A stretch of DNA of 63,958 nucleotides, the filler included, from Octopus bimaculoides (taxonomy: Eukaryota), in assembly GCF_001194135.2 (NCBI RefSeq). It is 4 parts of 4 records of this genome, joined end to end, with 100 filler letters (N's around TTAATTAATTAA, not from the genome) between each part and the next. Parts side by side here need not be neighbours in the genome. Positions count along the whole stretch, not along the records: positions 23,058 to 53,642 come from NC_068986.1; 3 more parts are not named here. The stretch is one strand, 5' to 3'. The notes beneath the pieces are model-generated. The model ran no database searches, was not told the DNA's origin, and saw only the letters and a list, made by a program, of their open reading frames with translations. Shown here one piece after another: positions 27,086-39,059 of the stretch. The first letter of the stretch is position 1. The number at the start of each line of letters is the position of its first letter. Made by a program: the position numbers and the translations under genes.

Positions 27086-27550
27086 TGTTCTTCTTGTTGG
27101 TGGCCACGGTATGAACAGTAAAGGAATAACGACCGAACAATGGAAAACAAACAAAAAACATCGATTTAATGAACAATATATTGAAGTTTCAATATTTCTA
27201 TCAATGATTGATTGAAATTTGTTGTTCGNNNNNNNNNNNNNNNNNNNNNNNNNNNNNNNNNNNNNNNNNNNNNNNNNNNNNNNNNNNNNNNNNNNNNNNN
27301 NNNNNNNNNNNNNNNNNNNNNNNNNNNNNNNNNNNNNNNNNNNNNNNNNNNNNNNNNNNNNNNNNNNNNNNNNNNNNNNNNNNNNNNNNNNNNNNNNNNN
27401 NNNNNNNNNNNNNNNNNNNNNNNNNNNNNNNNNNNNNNNNNNNNNNNNNNNNNNNNNNNNNNNNNNNNNNNNNNNNNNNNNNNNNNNNNNNNNNNNNNNN
27501 NNNNNNNNNNNNNNNNNNNNNNNNNNNNNNNNNNNNNNNNNNNNNNNNNN

Positions 27551-27610
<60 letters not shown>

Positions 27611-27781
27611 CTGTACATATGCATACATATGTATATACATATATACATGCACACATATGTATATGCATATATATGTATACATATGCATGTATATATGCAT
27701 TAGCCAGTATTTGTATGTGATTCTATGAATTTGTGTTCATGTATATGTGTGTGAAAGAGAGAGAGAGAGAGGAAGAGAGAT

Positions 27782-27826
<45 letters not shown>

Positions 27827-28013
27827 GAGAAAGAGAGAGAGAGAGTGTATGGAGTGGTCGATTTTTTTTCACGCTCGAAGCAGCAACCGAACACAGATAT
27901 AATTGCAGAATACACAATTTTCTCTTTCTATTAATCATGGCACCACACACACACACACTATCCGCCCCTCCCAAATCATTTACACACACATATACACGCA
28001 CACACACAGAGTC

Positions 28014-28070
<57 letters not shown>

Positions 28071-28424
28071 GCTATCTATCTATCTATCTATCTCGGTCTT
28101 TCTTCCACAGCCGCCAAATGACCCTTCAACACAGATTTGTATTGTTGTCATGGTATTGTTTTAGGGCGATGAAGATAATATTTTCAGTTGCTGAAGAAAC
28201 GTGTTAAACTCATTATGGTATTTGATTTGAGGTTTAACCTTTCTGAATGACAACCATGCAAAGAATGGATAATCATAATGATACCTTCTGTCTTCCATAA
28301 AAAAAAATGCAATGGTACCATATATATCAATGAAATCAGTCGTATTTCTTTAGCTCAAAGTCGGCCCTGATTGAGCAGACCAATGGGCGAAGACGTTCTG
28401 ACCATGACTAGTCCTTCTTACTAT

Positions 28425-28638
28425 TGATTTTAAATTTTGGCACAAAATAAGCAAGTTCTGAGGAGTGAGCAAGTCGATTATATCGATACCGTTACTTGAC
28501 TGGTAGTTATTTTATCGACCCTGAAAGGATAAAAGGCAAATCGACCTCGGCAGAATTTGAGCTTAGAATGTAAAAACTGACAAAATACAGCAAAGCATTT
28601 TGCCCAGCTTGCAAGCGATTCTCCCAGATCACTGTCTT
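28425..28638 (-). mobile_element. SINE family A, degenerate
   Basis: ttttatcgaccctgaaaggataaaaggcaaatcgacctcggcagaatttgag. Confidence 0.75.
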
Positions 28639-28728
28639 TTCGTCCGTCTTAATATTCGTAAATGGTATGGGGACGGGGGTTAAGATTAAATGATTTAATT
28701 TATATGATTGTAGTTAATATTAGTGTAA

Positions 28729-29043
28729 AGGTACATGACATAGTGGTTAAGTCGTAAGTTTATAATGTCGAGAGTTCGACTCTTGGCGCTGTGCTGTGTC
28801 CCCGAGCAAGACACTTTATTTCACATTGCTCCAGTCCATTCAGCTGGCAAAAATAAATTGCACCTGTAATTCAAAAGGACAGCCTTGTCACATTCAGTGT
28901 CACGCTGAATGCCCCTGAGAACTACGTTAAGGGTACGCGGGCCTGTGGAGTTCTCAATTCATTTTCACGTTAATTTCACGAGTCTGCTGTTCCGTTAATC
29001 AGATGAACTGGAACACTTCTCGTCGTAATCGATGGAGCGCCAG
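28729..29043 (+). mobile_element. SINE family C, full-length
   Basis: tagtggttaag...gagttcgactc...gtgtccccgagcaagacactttatttcac...gagaactacgttaagggtac. Confidence 0.85.
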
Positions 29044-29339
29044 TTAGTCTTAGTGATAACTGTAGTTGCTGTTTGGCTTCAGGTTAGGCCAGATCCAGCA
29101 GACCTATAATCAAAAATGGTTCAGCTGTAGCCGTCCCATCTTTTATCAAGACATAGCGTATCTAGTACTAGATTATGTAACTTATAGTACAGTAATTAAT
29201 GTTAGTGGCAAAGGTAATTGCTGTTGTTTAACCCCAGCTAAGCGCTGTTCAAACAGACACATGAACAAAGGTTCTATCTATGATCATTTCTCCTTTTCTT
29301 TTAACGCATCTAAGACTACATTGTTCAATGTATCTTTTC

Positions 29340-29720
29340 CACGCTGAGGCACATCCATGACGGGTTTAGTCGAACAAATCGATCCCAGCATTTATCGTCG
29401 TAAGTCTGGTACTTATTATATCGGTTCTTTTTGCCGAACTACTAAGTTACGGGGTAGTAAGCAAATCAACACCGGTTATCAAGCGGTAGATGGGGAGCAA
29501 ACAAAAAGCACCTACGTATATATACATATATATATATATATGTATATGTATATATATGACAGGATTCCACAGTTTCCGTCTACAAAATTGACTCACAAGG
29601 CACTGGTCGGCTCGGGGTATTAGTAGAAGACAGTTGCCCAAAGTACCGCGCTGCGGGACTGAACCTAAAACTACATCTTTGGGAAACGAACTTCTTTACC
29701 ACACAACCATATCCCTGCCT
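29340..29720 (-). mobile_element. SINE family B, full-length
   Basis: Both halves on the minus strand, internal (TA)n/(TATG) tract 29514-29557. Confidence 0.8.
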
Positions 29721-29951
29721 ATATTGAAATTTTCAAAGTGGGCTTCGTGATCGTTTCATTATTTTCTTATTTATTTAACGCTTTATATCTGTTTGCCTGA
29801 GTGAGAGGTGCCGATTGAGAGACCTAGGTGTCTTGCACGATTTCTTAGTTTGAAGTTGAAAGCATATTTTGATAGACATATTTTTATGATTAATTTTTTT
29901 TATAAAACAACCCTCTAGTAGCAGTTGCTATTGAATATTAATTATCCAAAC

Positions 29952-30271
29952 CAGTGGTTCTCAACAATATTTTATCTAAGGAACCCTTTTATTATTAGTT
30001 TATTTTGGCGGACCCACATAGCTATTTGATATTTAAAAAATCTAGTTTTAAAAATATTTCTTTCAAAATTCCTTTTTTATTTTTGAACCATATAAAACAT
30101 TTGAGAAAGATATTTAGTTATTTCCTGCAATAAATTCACTTACAGAAAAATTGCTTCATGGACACTTAATATACTATTGTGGATCCCCAATTTACTATTT
30201 TGCTTGCGTAGACCCCCAACAATCTTACTTGGGCAGCTTGGGGTCATGTGGACCTCGGTTAAGAACCACTA
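29952..30271. mobile_element. hAT-type MITE (family 1)
   Basis: TIRs cagtggttctcaac / gttaagaaccacta; 8-bp flanks atccaaac / atataaac (6/8 match). Confidence 0.8.
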
Positions 30272-30438
30272 ATATAAACTATTATTCAGAGTTTCTCTAA
30301 TTGATTTTTTTGTAAAAGAGTACAATAATCCCTTTTGCGCTAGCGGCACATATGCACTTTTCCGGAGCGTAAAAGCAACGCCTGATAAAAAATACTTTAA
30401 ACCCCTGTATCTATCTAGCTAGCTACCCATACATACAT

Positions 30439-30471
<33 letters not shown>

Positions 30472-30539
30472 TACATACATACATACATACACACACACAC
30501 ATACATACATACATACATACATACATACATACATACATT

Positions 30540-31449
30540 CAAAAAGGCCATGTATAGGTAGGTTTCCCGAAGACTTGAAGAAGACAGTGACATTGACATG
30601 AAGTAAAGCCCCTCTTGGACTCGTGGCCACTACATCACATCACACTTCGAAAGCTATGCGTTTGCAATCCAAGAACAGGAGATTGCTACTAAATACTTAA
30701 TAAACAAAAGAGACAATGAAACTTTTGGAGTCCCAAGATTCAACTGAAAATGTAGATTTTCTCATATTTCTGTGGAAGACATCACATGTGATTAGCAGCT
30801 GCCAAAAAATGTCAAGGTACTACTTCCCTCTGCGACATGACGTAGTCGCAAAAGCAATAAATAATATACAATGGCATCCGGAGAAAAGATTGTTTGGGAA
30901 TAGAGACTCACCGTTACTGAATACGTACACAAGAATCAGCAAAACCGGTACTGGTGGAACATTCCCATGAAAACATCTGTCAAGTGTAAGCATAACTGGC
31001 TGGATATTGTTGTTTGGGACAGGCAAGAAAGGTATGTAGCGTCATAGAGGTCAGTTGTCCTGCTGATGTGAATATATCTTTGAAAATCAAAGAGAAAGAA
31101 TATAAATATGGACAGCCGCTTTGAAACCACAAGCTTCTATATCCGGATTACAAAATTACATTTATACCAATAATAATTGGAGCACTTGGTTGTGTAAATA
31201 GATGCCTGTCAGTCTGAATAAGCTTGAATTTTCAGAAGGAAAAAATCAACCAACAGACTCGCACATTCCAAATACAATATGAAAGTGGAACACCAAGACT
31301 TTTCTCAGGTTTAAAAATGTGACATTGTTTTCTTTATCTACATTCCAGCAATGGAGCTTTGTATCTTTGTTAGAAACCAGCTACTTCTTCAAAGGTTGAA
31401 TTTAAATAAATAAAAGACAGAAAAGAAAATACATGCATACATACATACA
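30540..31449 (+). mobile_element. RLE-type non-LTR retrotransposon, 5'-truncated (CATA-associated family, copy B)
   Basis: ITSHFESYAFAIQEQEIATKYL; KCRFSHISVEDIT/VISSCQKMSRYYFPLRHDVVAK (zinc knuckle + RHD); WWNIPMKTSVKCKHNWLDIVVWD; IEVSCPADVNISLKIKEKEYKY; FIPIIIGALG. Frameshifts and stops present. Confidence 0.9.
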
Positions 31450-32128
31450 GACAGACAAACGTGGATTCTCCAAGACATTCTAAAAATTCTCCATTGAGAT
31501 TCATTAGGAAAACAGATGCACAGACTTGTGTATATGCATCGGCAGTTCAACCAATGCACCAACTCAACTACTTATTTACAAACACCGGGAACTCTTTTAA
31601 ATAAAAAAAAGTCCTGTCGCTTTGTTAGCGACCGGCTTGAACTCTCTTAAGAAGAACATAAAAAAACTTAATGAAAAAATATGCACATAGGCAAGTGTAT
31701 ATTCGAAAAAATGAAAAAGAATGATTTTCTGATAATTATTTCCCGCTTCAATGATTTAGTTTTTGCAAATTGTATCATGATGCTGTTTTTTTTTTNNNNN
31801 NNNNNNNNNNNNNNNNNNNNNNNNNNNNNNNNNNNNNNNNNNNNNNNNNNNNNNNNNNNNNNNNNNNNNNNNNNNNNNNNNNNNNNNNNNNNNNNNNNNN
31901 NNNNNNNNNNNNNNNNNNNNNNNNNNNNNNNNNNNNNNNNNNNNNNNNNNNNNNNNNNNNNNNNNNNNNNNNNNNNNNNNNNNNNNNNNNNNNNNNNNNN
32001 NNNNNNNNNNNNNNNNNNNNNNNNNNNNNNNNNNNNNNNNNNNNNNNNNNNNNNNNNNNNNNGGGGGGGGGGGGGAAGACAAACAAAAACACAAATCCAC
32101 ACACACACACACACACACACAGCATCTA

Positions 32129-32251
32129 TGCGACGGGTTTCTTTAAGTTTCCGTCCGTTAAATCCATTCACAAGGCTTTGATCGGCCCGAGGTTATACTA
32201 GAAGACTCTTGGCTGGAATCAAGAATCTTACCACACAGCTACGCCTGCGCC
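32129..32251 (-). mobile_element. SINE family B 5' half (internally deleted)
   Basis: cgacgggtttctttaagtttccgtc...aaatccattcacaaggctttg...accacacagctacgcctgcgcc; adjoins (CA)n. Confidence 0.75.
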
Positions 32252-32660
32252 TAGATTAAATTATATTACATTGTTTATTAATATGATTAGAATGTCAATG
32301 ATTAAAATATGTAGACATCATTTACTAATTTGATTAAAGTAAGAATAATCACGACACCAGGCATTATTTATTAACGTTTTCCTTGTCGATAGATGGCGTT
32401 ACGGTGAGCAATTTTTTTTCAATGAAGAACATGATTTTATTTAATAAATACAAATACAAATTAATACTTTAAAAAGATGAACAAAAAATAAAATAAGGGG
32501 AAAATGGAGAACATAGTGAAGAAAGCAGCGGAAGACGGAAGGGGAGGCATTGATTCTATTTTGATAAAAAGACGTCGTAAAGTTCGACATTACACTTCTA
32601 TCACTCGGTTTCTATTCTTGGTTAAGTTTTGGGTGATTACGTTAAAACATTTTTACTACG

Positions 32661-32800
32661 CCATTTTATGTACAAATTAAAATAACCTCTAAGCAAATTG
32701 AAAATGCTAGAACTGGATTAAAATAATCTCGAAACAAATTACAATAATCTCGGAGCAAATTAAATCTTTTTCCAATTGAATAAAGCTATTAAAACATATT
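32661..32800 (+). repeat. 21-bp minisatellite array (consensus AAATAATCTCGGAGCAAATTA)
   Basis: Units at 32680, 32721 and 32742, plus degenerate neighbours. Confidence 0.7.
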
Positions 32801-33458
32801 TCCGATGCCTTCATTTAATGAGATATAAATTAGTTTTATTTGAGCTGGCAACATTTCTTGATCAACTATCAAAACATCTTTCATGAGTTTATGAGAACTA
32901 GCTATTTTGGAAATACAGAACTCTTATTCTGGTTGTAAATGCACCTACTTCAATGAAAGCATCCTTCTAACAAATTAACTTTTAATAGTTTATTGAGAAA
33001 AAGTAAATCTATGCTTTAATGTGAATGATTGCAAAGCTTATTCATTGTTAATTAGGTGTATTCGTTTAACTACTCAACAAATAACACAGTATTTTCATGT
33101 TCTATCTTCTTGACTTTATCACAGACACCACTGTGGTGCAAATTATGAAGCCTGATCTCTGCGTATCCAATTATACGATGTTGCTTCTTAATGCCATATG
33201 CGTCATCAATGGATTCTTGCTTAGCAATTGACAGTACATATAAGCGAGTTTCAAGTGAAGACTTCTTGCCTAGCTTTCGCTTGTTTCCTAGTTCAACACT
33301 TCGTAGAATACAAGAGACAAAATATTCCTGTTATCCTAAAGTAAAATCACATTACTGTGGGCCTAAGCCGAAAGAAATAATTTTACATTTAAATTAGCGT
33401 AAGTTCAAACGATTGAAAACATAGATATCTATTATACTCTATCGAAATATCTACTACT

Positions 33459-33605
33459 TAATTTGCTCTGTAATAATTTTAATTTGTTTCAAGATCATTT
33501 GAATTTGGTCCGAGATTATTTCTATTTGCTCTGAAATTATGTTAATTCGCTCTAAGACTATTTTAATATGTTTGGAATGTATTTAAATTTACTTTGAATA
33601 TGTTT
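33459..33605 (-). repeat. 21-bp minisatellite array, inverted relative to 32661-32800
   Basis: Seven units at exact 21-bp spacing starting at 33459, 33480, 33501, 33522, 33543, 33564, 33585 (e.g. gaatttggtccgagattattt). Confidence 0.8.
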
Positions 33606-34611
33606 TAATTCACTTCTCGTTTCCTAGAAGAAATTCTTGGAGTTTATTTTCATTTCTTTCACGATTATTTTATTTGGTAGCTGAAAAGGTGTAATAAAAA
33701 AATATATCTTGGCATATATGTATAAGACAGAAAATTATTTACTGCACTGCAACTCTATTTTATGCATGACTTTAGTTTTAAAACTACTTTTTCTTTCGTT
33801 ATTTTGTAACACAAGGATAGTTTCATGCAATTTACACACGCAACAATGTCTCAAACAGACAAACGCGGTCTCCGTAACGGACTAAGAGAAAAGTCACTAA
33901 AAAGGTTACAAATAGCAACGAAAGAACTTTAACAAAAGAAAAGCAAAACAAAAACAAAACAAAAGGATTTACTATTTAACCAAGTGAAACAAACAATCGA
34001 TTAATTAGTTGGATATTTAACCAATTGGCTGATAATAAAGGTGTGGAATTGAACCAGTGTGTGTGTTAATAATATTGGCATAATGACTCTCCCTACATAC
34101 AACAAAAAAAAATTAAATAAATATAAAAAAGTGCAATGATTTCAACTTGCAGAATTTTTATTCAGTGTCGTATGATACGATACTGAGTAAGATAAAGTAA
34201 ATGTACTTTTCGAGATATAATCATCGAAAAGATGTTCTACGTTAATTTATTACATCTGTGTTAACACGTTTACCCTTCTGCTTTTATATATCGTTTTCTT
34301 TTTAATGAATCCAAAACAAATTTTGCTTCGTAAAATCCCAAATGCAAATTCACTATTTTTCTTCATGATAAAGTTTTTTTTTTTTTTTAATGCAACATCA
34401 TATTATTTATAGTCGCACATCATTTATTTAGAATTTTAAGTGTAAATTTGTAAATTTTGAGGCTGTATGGATATGTTTTTATAAAGACTATTTTGTTTTA
34501 ATATCGTTTATTTGCTCTCAATTAGATATTTCATAGCCACGTGAACAAGCAGGAAAATATACAAAATGGTTCACGTGGGGCTACTATTTTATTGAAAAGA
34601 ACTACTTCTGT

Positions 34612-34960
34612 CCAGTAGTTGAATCCGTGTTACTTCAGAGTGCTACCAGCTGGACACCAAACATTAAAGACTCGAATCAATGATGGATGTTACCTATATA
34701 CGCGAATGCTTGGTGCCATTTTGAATGTGTTCTGGAAACAACATCTCACCAAAAACTATACAATAAACTTGCTCATGTCTAGGACACTATTGGAGAAAGA
34801 AAAAAGAGCTTGCTTAGCCGAACATTCCTGGAAAAGTAAGAGGGAGCTAGTTAGGGATACTCAACTTTGGACATAAGCTCATTGATACCCTACGAAGGCA
34901 TATGTCGATTAACAAATGACACAGAGGGCACGTCATGCAAGTTACAGATGGGTCATGGAT
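34612..34960 (+). mobile_element. RTE-type LINE 3' ORF fragment
   Basis: VVESVLLQSATSW; INDGCY..TRMLGAILNVFWKQHLT; CLAEHSWKSKRELVRDTQLWT. Resembles the RTE post-RT region (ESVLLYG.E.WTL...DGCYTRMLR...W..H.TN). Confidence 0.75.
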
Positions 34961-35090
34961 TAAGGTGATGTGAATCCAAGCAAGATTAATCTGATGAAGA
35001 AGAGTACAACCATTACATCAAAAGAAAATACAAAGAATATTGAAACGAAGTTCACCAAATGTAATCTAGAACTAATACAGTCTCTTTATT

Positions 35091-35153
<63 letters not shown>

Positions 35154-35197
35154 NNNNNNNNNNNNNNNNNNNNNNNNNNNNNNNNNNNNNNNNNNNN

Positions 35198-35255
<58 letters not shown>

Positions 35256-36335
35256 CGCTCACTCTTTAGATGATCGTTGATATTTATCTCTTTTATATGA
35301 AAATATCTTATCTAATAAAACTGTGAGGCACCAAATGTAAAAGTGCACTTTTCGAAATTACACACAGAAAATGTGCTTTTTAAAACATACTACTATAACA
35401 AAACAAGATATTTGAAAGACGCCCAACTTTAGATATATCTTAAACCAAAAGTTGATAATTACGTTATTGATTTATAAAAGAGACCAAAATTAATAGCTAA
35501 ATGTGGACAGTGATACATAATTGGAGAGACGCTAATAATATTCTCAATTTCTGAAAGTCTCACTAGATATACAGATGTTTACAATCGGTTTCTCTCGGTA
35601 GTAACTCGGTATATCGCCAGATTTATGAATTGGTGGAGGATTTGTATATTCAGTTGTATATGAAACTATACTATTTTTATTATACGGTTTAATTAATCAA
35701 GCTTACGAAGCAACAAAGCTACACTGATATCTGATACAAAGGGATGTTTTCAAGTTTTAAAAATTTATATTACGAACACAACAATGCAATATAGTGTTTA
35801 ATATAGTATTGTGTGAAATGATGGTGTACTTTCTATTACAGCTTACCAATAAGGTGTTGCATCAAGTATAAGAAAAGACTCTATTGCTATTTACTGTATG
35901 ATTCAACGTCAGAACTTTGTGAGTTGCTGTCTTCAAGTATATCACTAATCATCTTTGGTTAAAAAAAAATCAAATCACGGGCATTATTTGTCCATTCAGT
36001 TGAGATAAGGTAGAAAAATTGTCGTTCTGATGACGCCTACAAATGCAGAAACATGTTCCACATCTGCTCTCTTTCTCTAGACATCAGCTTGCCTTTTCCC
36101 TTAATGGCATGTCTAATTGCAGAATTCTTCAATCTTGCGATCATTTCTTTTCTCATACAGAGTTTGTGTCAGTCGTCATTTGATATTTGTATCACTAGAG
36201 ATGGAGATAGAATTAATAAAACAAGAATTTATATTGTATGGTATATTATATACTTGTAGTTGTCTAAATTATTCCTATACATTCAACTGGTCACTTTGAG
36301 TTATTTCCCTTAGCTGGTTTTTGTTTATACAAATA

Positions 36336-36585
36336 GGTCCGGGTAGTAGTTGAGATGTTACACTCGCGATCGCGAGATCATGCTTTCGATTCCTTGACTG
36401 TGCAGTGCGTTGTGTTCTTGATGTCATTTTGCTCTGCGATCACTTTGACACATGACATGTGTCACACGGTGCGCCAATAGAGGCATTATCAATGTAATGG
36501 GGGGAGTGAGCTAATTTTCAGCGCAAACATTTGATCGTAATAAACAAATCATGTGACCCGATTGTTCAGCAAGAAATTGAAGAAA
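36336..36585 (+). mobile_element. SINE with C-type head and alternative body (C2)
   Basis: Degenerate tRNA head, gcgttgtgttcttga, then gagtgagctaat...aaacatttgatc..ataaacaaatcatg...gcaagaaattg, matching the reverse complement of 46355-46500. Confidence 0.65.
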
Positions 36586-36966
36586 TTTCATCTCTCGCCT
36601 GATGCAGCAGAGTCCCCCCCCCCCATATATATACATATAGGCAGTCCTTCTTAGAATCCACAAGAGTTAACAAGTGAGACAGAGACAGGCAGAAGCAAAA
36701 AAATGCCACTGTTACTTGAATACTATACAAATATGTCTTTAAAAAGATTTTTCTTTTAAATTTACCAAAATTTAATTTTTCAATAATTTTTCAAAAATCT
36801 ATTATTCATATTTACATNNNNNNNNNNNNNNNNNNNNNNNNNNNNNNNNNNNNNNNNNNNNNNNNNNNNNNNNNNNNNNNNNNNNNNNNNNNNNNNNNNN
36901 NNNNNNNNNNNNNNNNNNNNNNNNNNNNNNNNNNNNNNNNNNNNNNNNNNNNNNNNNNNNNNNNNN

Positions 36967-37008
<42 letters not shown>

Positions 37009-37809
37009 TATTAGGTAGCTATATTGTATGTTGTATATAGTATGTTATAGTTCACAGAATCGTAAACTTTAGTTGCTATTATAACCGATTCTGCTTAATT
37101 GCAGAAACTCAGATATTGAAATTCTTTAGCAATTAATCGGAATATGCAATTAAGTGATTTCGCATGCAGGTATAAATTACGAAATTTCAATATATTTTCA
37201 GCCAACAAAAACAAAAACAACAAAAAAATGGTATTGTAACTACGTTATGCATGTATGGATTATAGGATAAAACAAACGTAAAGCGATTTTTTGTCTACAA
37301 TATATTTCGTGTTGTTTTATATTGAAAGCTGGAAGAAATACCAGTATGGAACAGTGAGAAATAATATTTATTTGTTTAATGGATTAGAAAATTACCACAG
37401 ATCAACTTGCTCACATTCAAATGATATATTTTATCGATCTGCAACATTTTCCTGACAAGAAACTAATAAGTTAATTATTTCTGGAGATAGAATTTTGTTT
37501 TAAATCCATTTCCTGTACAATTCTTAACATGTGAAAAATTCGTGGTTTAAGTGAAAAATTTATAGCTTATACATGGTATTAGGCATTAAACGTCGATGGT
37601 TTGTGTGATATATGACTGTCTGCTGTTTCTAACTTCTGCTGATTCATGCAAATTTTCAACGGCATAAACAGAAAAAAAAAACCTTGTAGAGTCATAACCT
37701 GCACATTTAACTTCTAAGAACTTTCTTAATTTTTGTTGTTGTTGTTCTTGTTTTGTTTACAGAGCACATCGCTATCTTAATCTCCTTCTTTTTCGTTCTC
37801 CTGCTCTTC

Positions 37810-38100
37810 CTCGTCATCATCATCATCATCTCATTATCATAAGCATCTCCATCGCCGCCACCAACACCACTAACACCAACACTACCAATACCACTAACAC
37901 CACCACCACCACCACCAAAACCACCACCACCATCATCATCATCATCGTCGTCGTCATCATCGTCGTCGTCATCATCATCGTCGTCATCATCATCGTCGTC
38001 GTCATCATCATCGTCGTCATCATCATCGTCGTCATCATCATCGTCGTCATCATCATCGTCGTCATCATAACGACCGGCACCACCACAACTACCACCACCG

Positions 38101-38176
<76 letters not shown>

Positions 38177-38210
38177 TATCATCACCATCAGCATCGTCAT
38201 CGGTGTTATC
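37810..38210. repeat. Compound trinucleotide tract (TCA)n/(TCG)n/(CCA)n
   Basis: Includes a 15-bp higher-order unit, approximately (TCA)3(TCG)2, over about 37940-38065. Confidence 0.9.
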
Positions 38211-38513
38211 AATGTCATTGGTGAACATCTGTTGAGATGTAACACTTCAGATCATCCTCTTAGTTTACGTACTCACGAAACATAACTTGTTCCGTCAACA
38301 TGCTATACGGAGGTTACCACATTTGCCTCATCAACAGAGGGGATGGATCTATACCTGTAAAACCGATTGCCGAATGGGAAAAAGTCATCAAAGCGTCGCG
38401 AAGAATGGCTTTGAATATTTCTTCCGAACCTCTGCGCACCGAGTTCAACTCATACTCTAGTCAGCTTTGCCTTTTATTTCTTAGATCCATCGACAAAAAA
38501 TATTTATCTAGAT

Positions 38514-38770
38514 CAATGGTTCTCAACCATTTTTTGCCAATGGACCCATTTGGTTTCGATTTTATTCAAGCAGTGGGACCCTCGTAGCCATTCGATGTCT
38601 AAAAACTCCTTCTGTATTTTTCTGATTATATATTATTAGGGATTTTATTTTAAAATGTTAAAATATTTTGTATATTGTAGAAGTATAACCAATTTATTGC
38701 GGATAAATTGTAACGACAAAATCTTATATGGACCGGCAAGGGTCATATTGATCCCGGCCGAGAATCGCTT
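38514..38770. mobile_element. hAT-type MITE (family 1), degenerate
   Basis: Left TIR caatggttctcaacc preceded by atctagat; interior ggacc..cgtagccattcgatgtctaaaaa matches the 29952 copy; right TIR decayed. Confidence 0.65.
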
Positions 38771-39059
38771 GATGAGATTCCAGATCAAAGGTTTGGCGGA
38801 TATGTAAGAACCTGTGGTATATATTCTGGATCTTATATATTCAAATCCGGCTATGGATTACTTTGATGATACACTGAAACTGTTGTCCAGTTTAACAGCA
38901 TCACCTGGCACCTTGAGTATCTTTAGAATTGCCCACTCTGTCGCAAGTATTCGCACAAAGCCTTCGGTTTGGGGATATTTTCTTCCCTCTCTTTTGCCAG
39001 CTGGGACCCCGAGCCATGGCCAGGGACACAGTCTCTCTTCCTGAACAAAATTATTTTAA

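Noticed and set aside
26079-27176. Phe/Ser/Leu-rich and His/Thr/Val-rich ORFs
   Set aside because: Products of (CTTT)n and (GGT/GAT)n low-complexity tracts.
34534-34583. Small inverted repeat tagccacgtgaac / gttcacgtggggcta
   Set aside because: Only 13 bp with a bulge and a 22-nt loop, and much of the pairing comes from the self-complementary CACGTG.
37707-38245. 173-aa poly-Asp/Gly and 139-aa poly-Met ORFs
   Set aside because: Trinucleotide microsatellite read-through with no domain or splice support.
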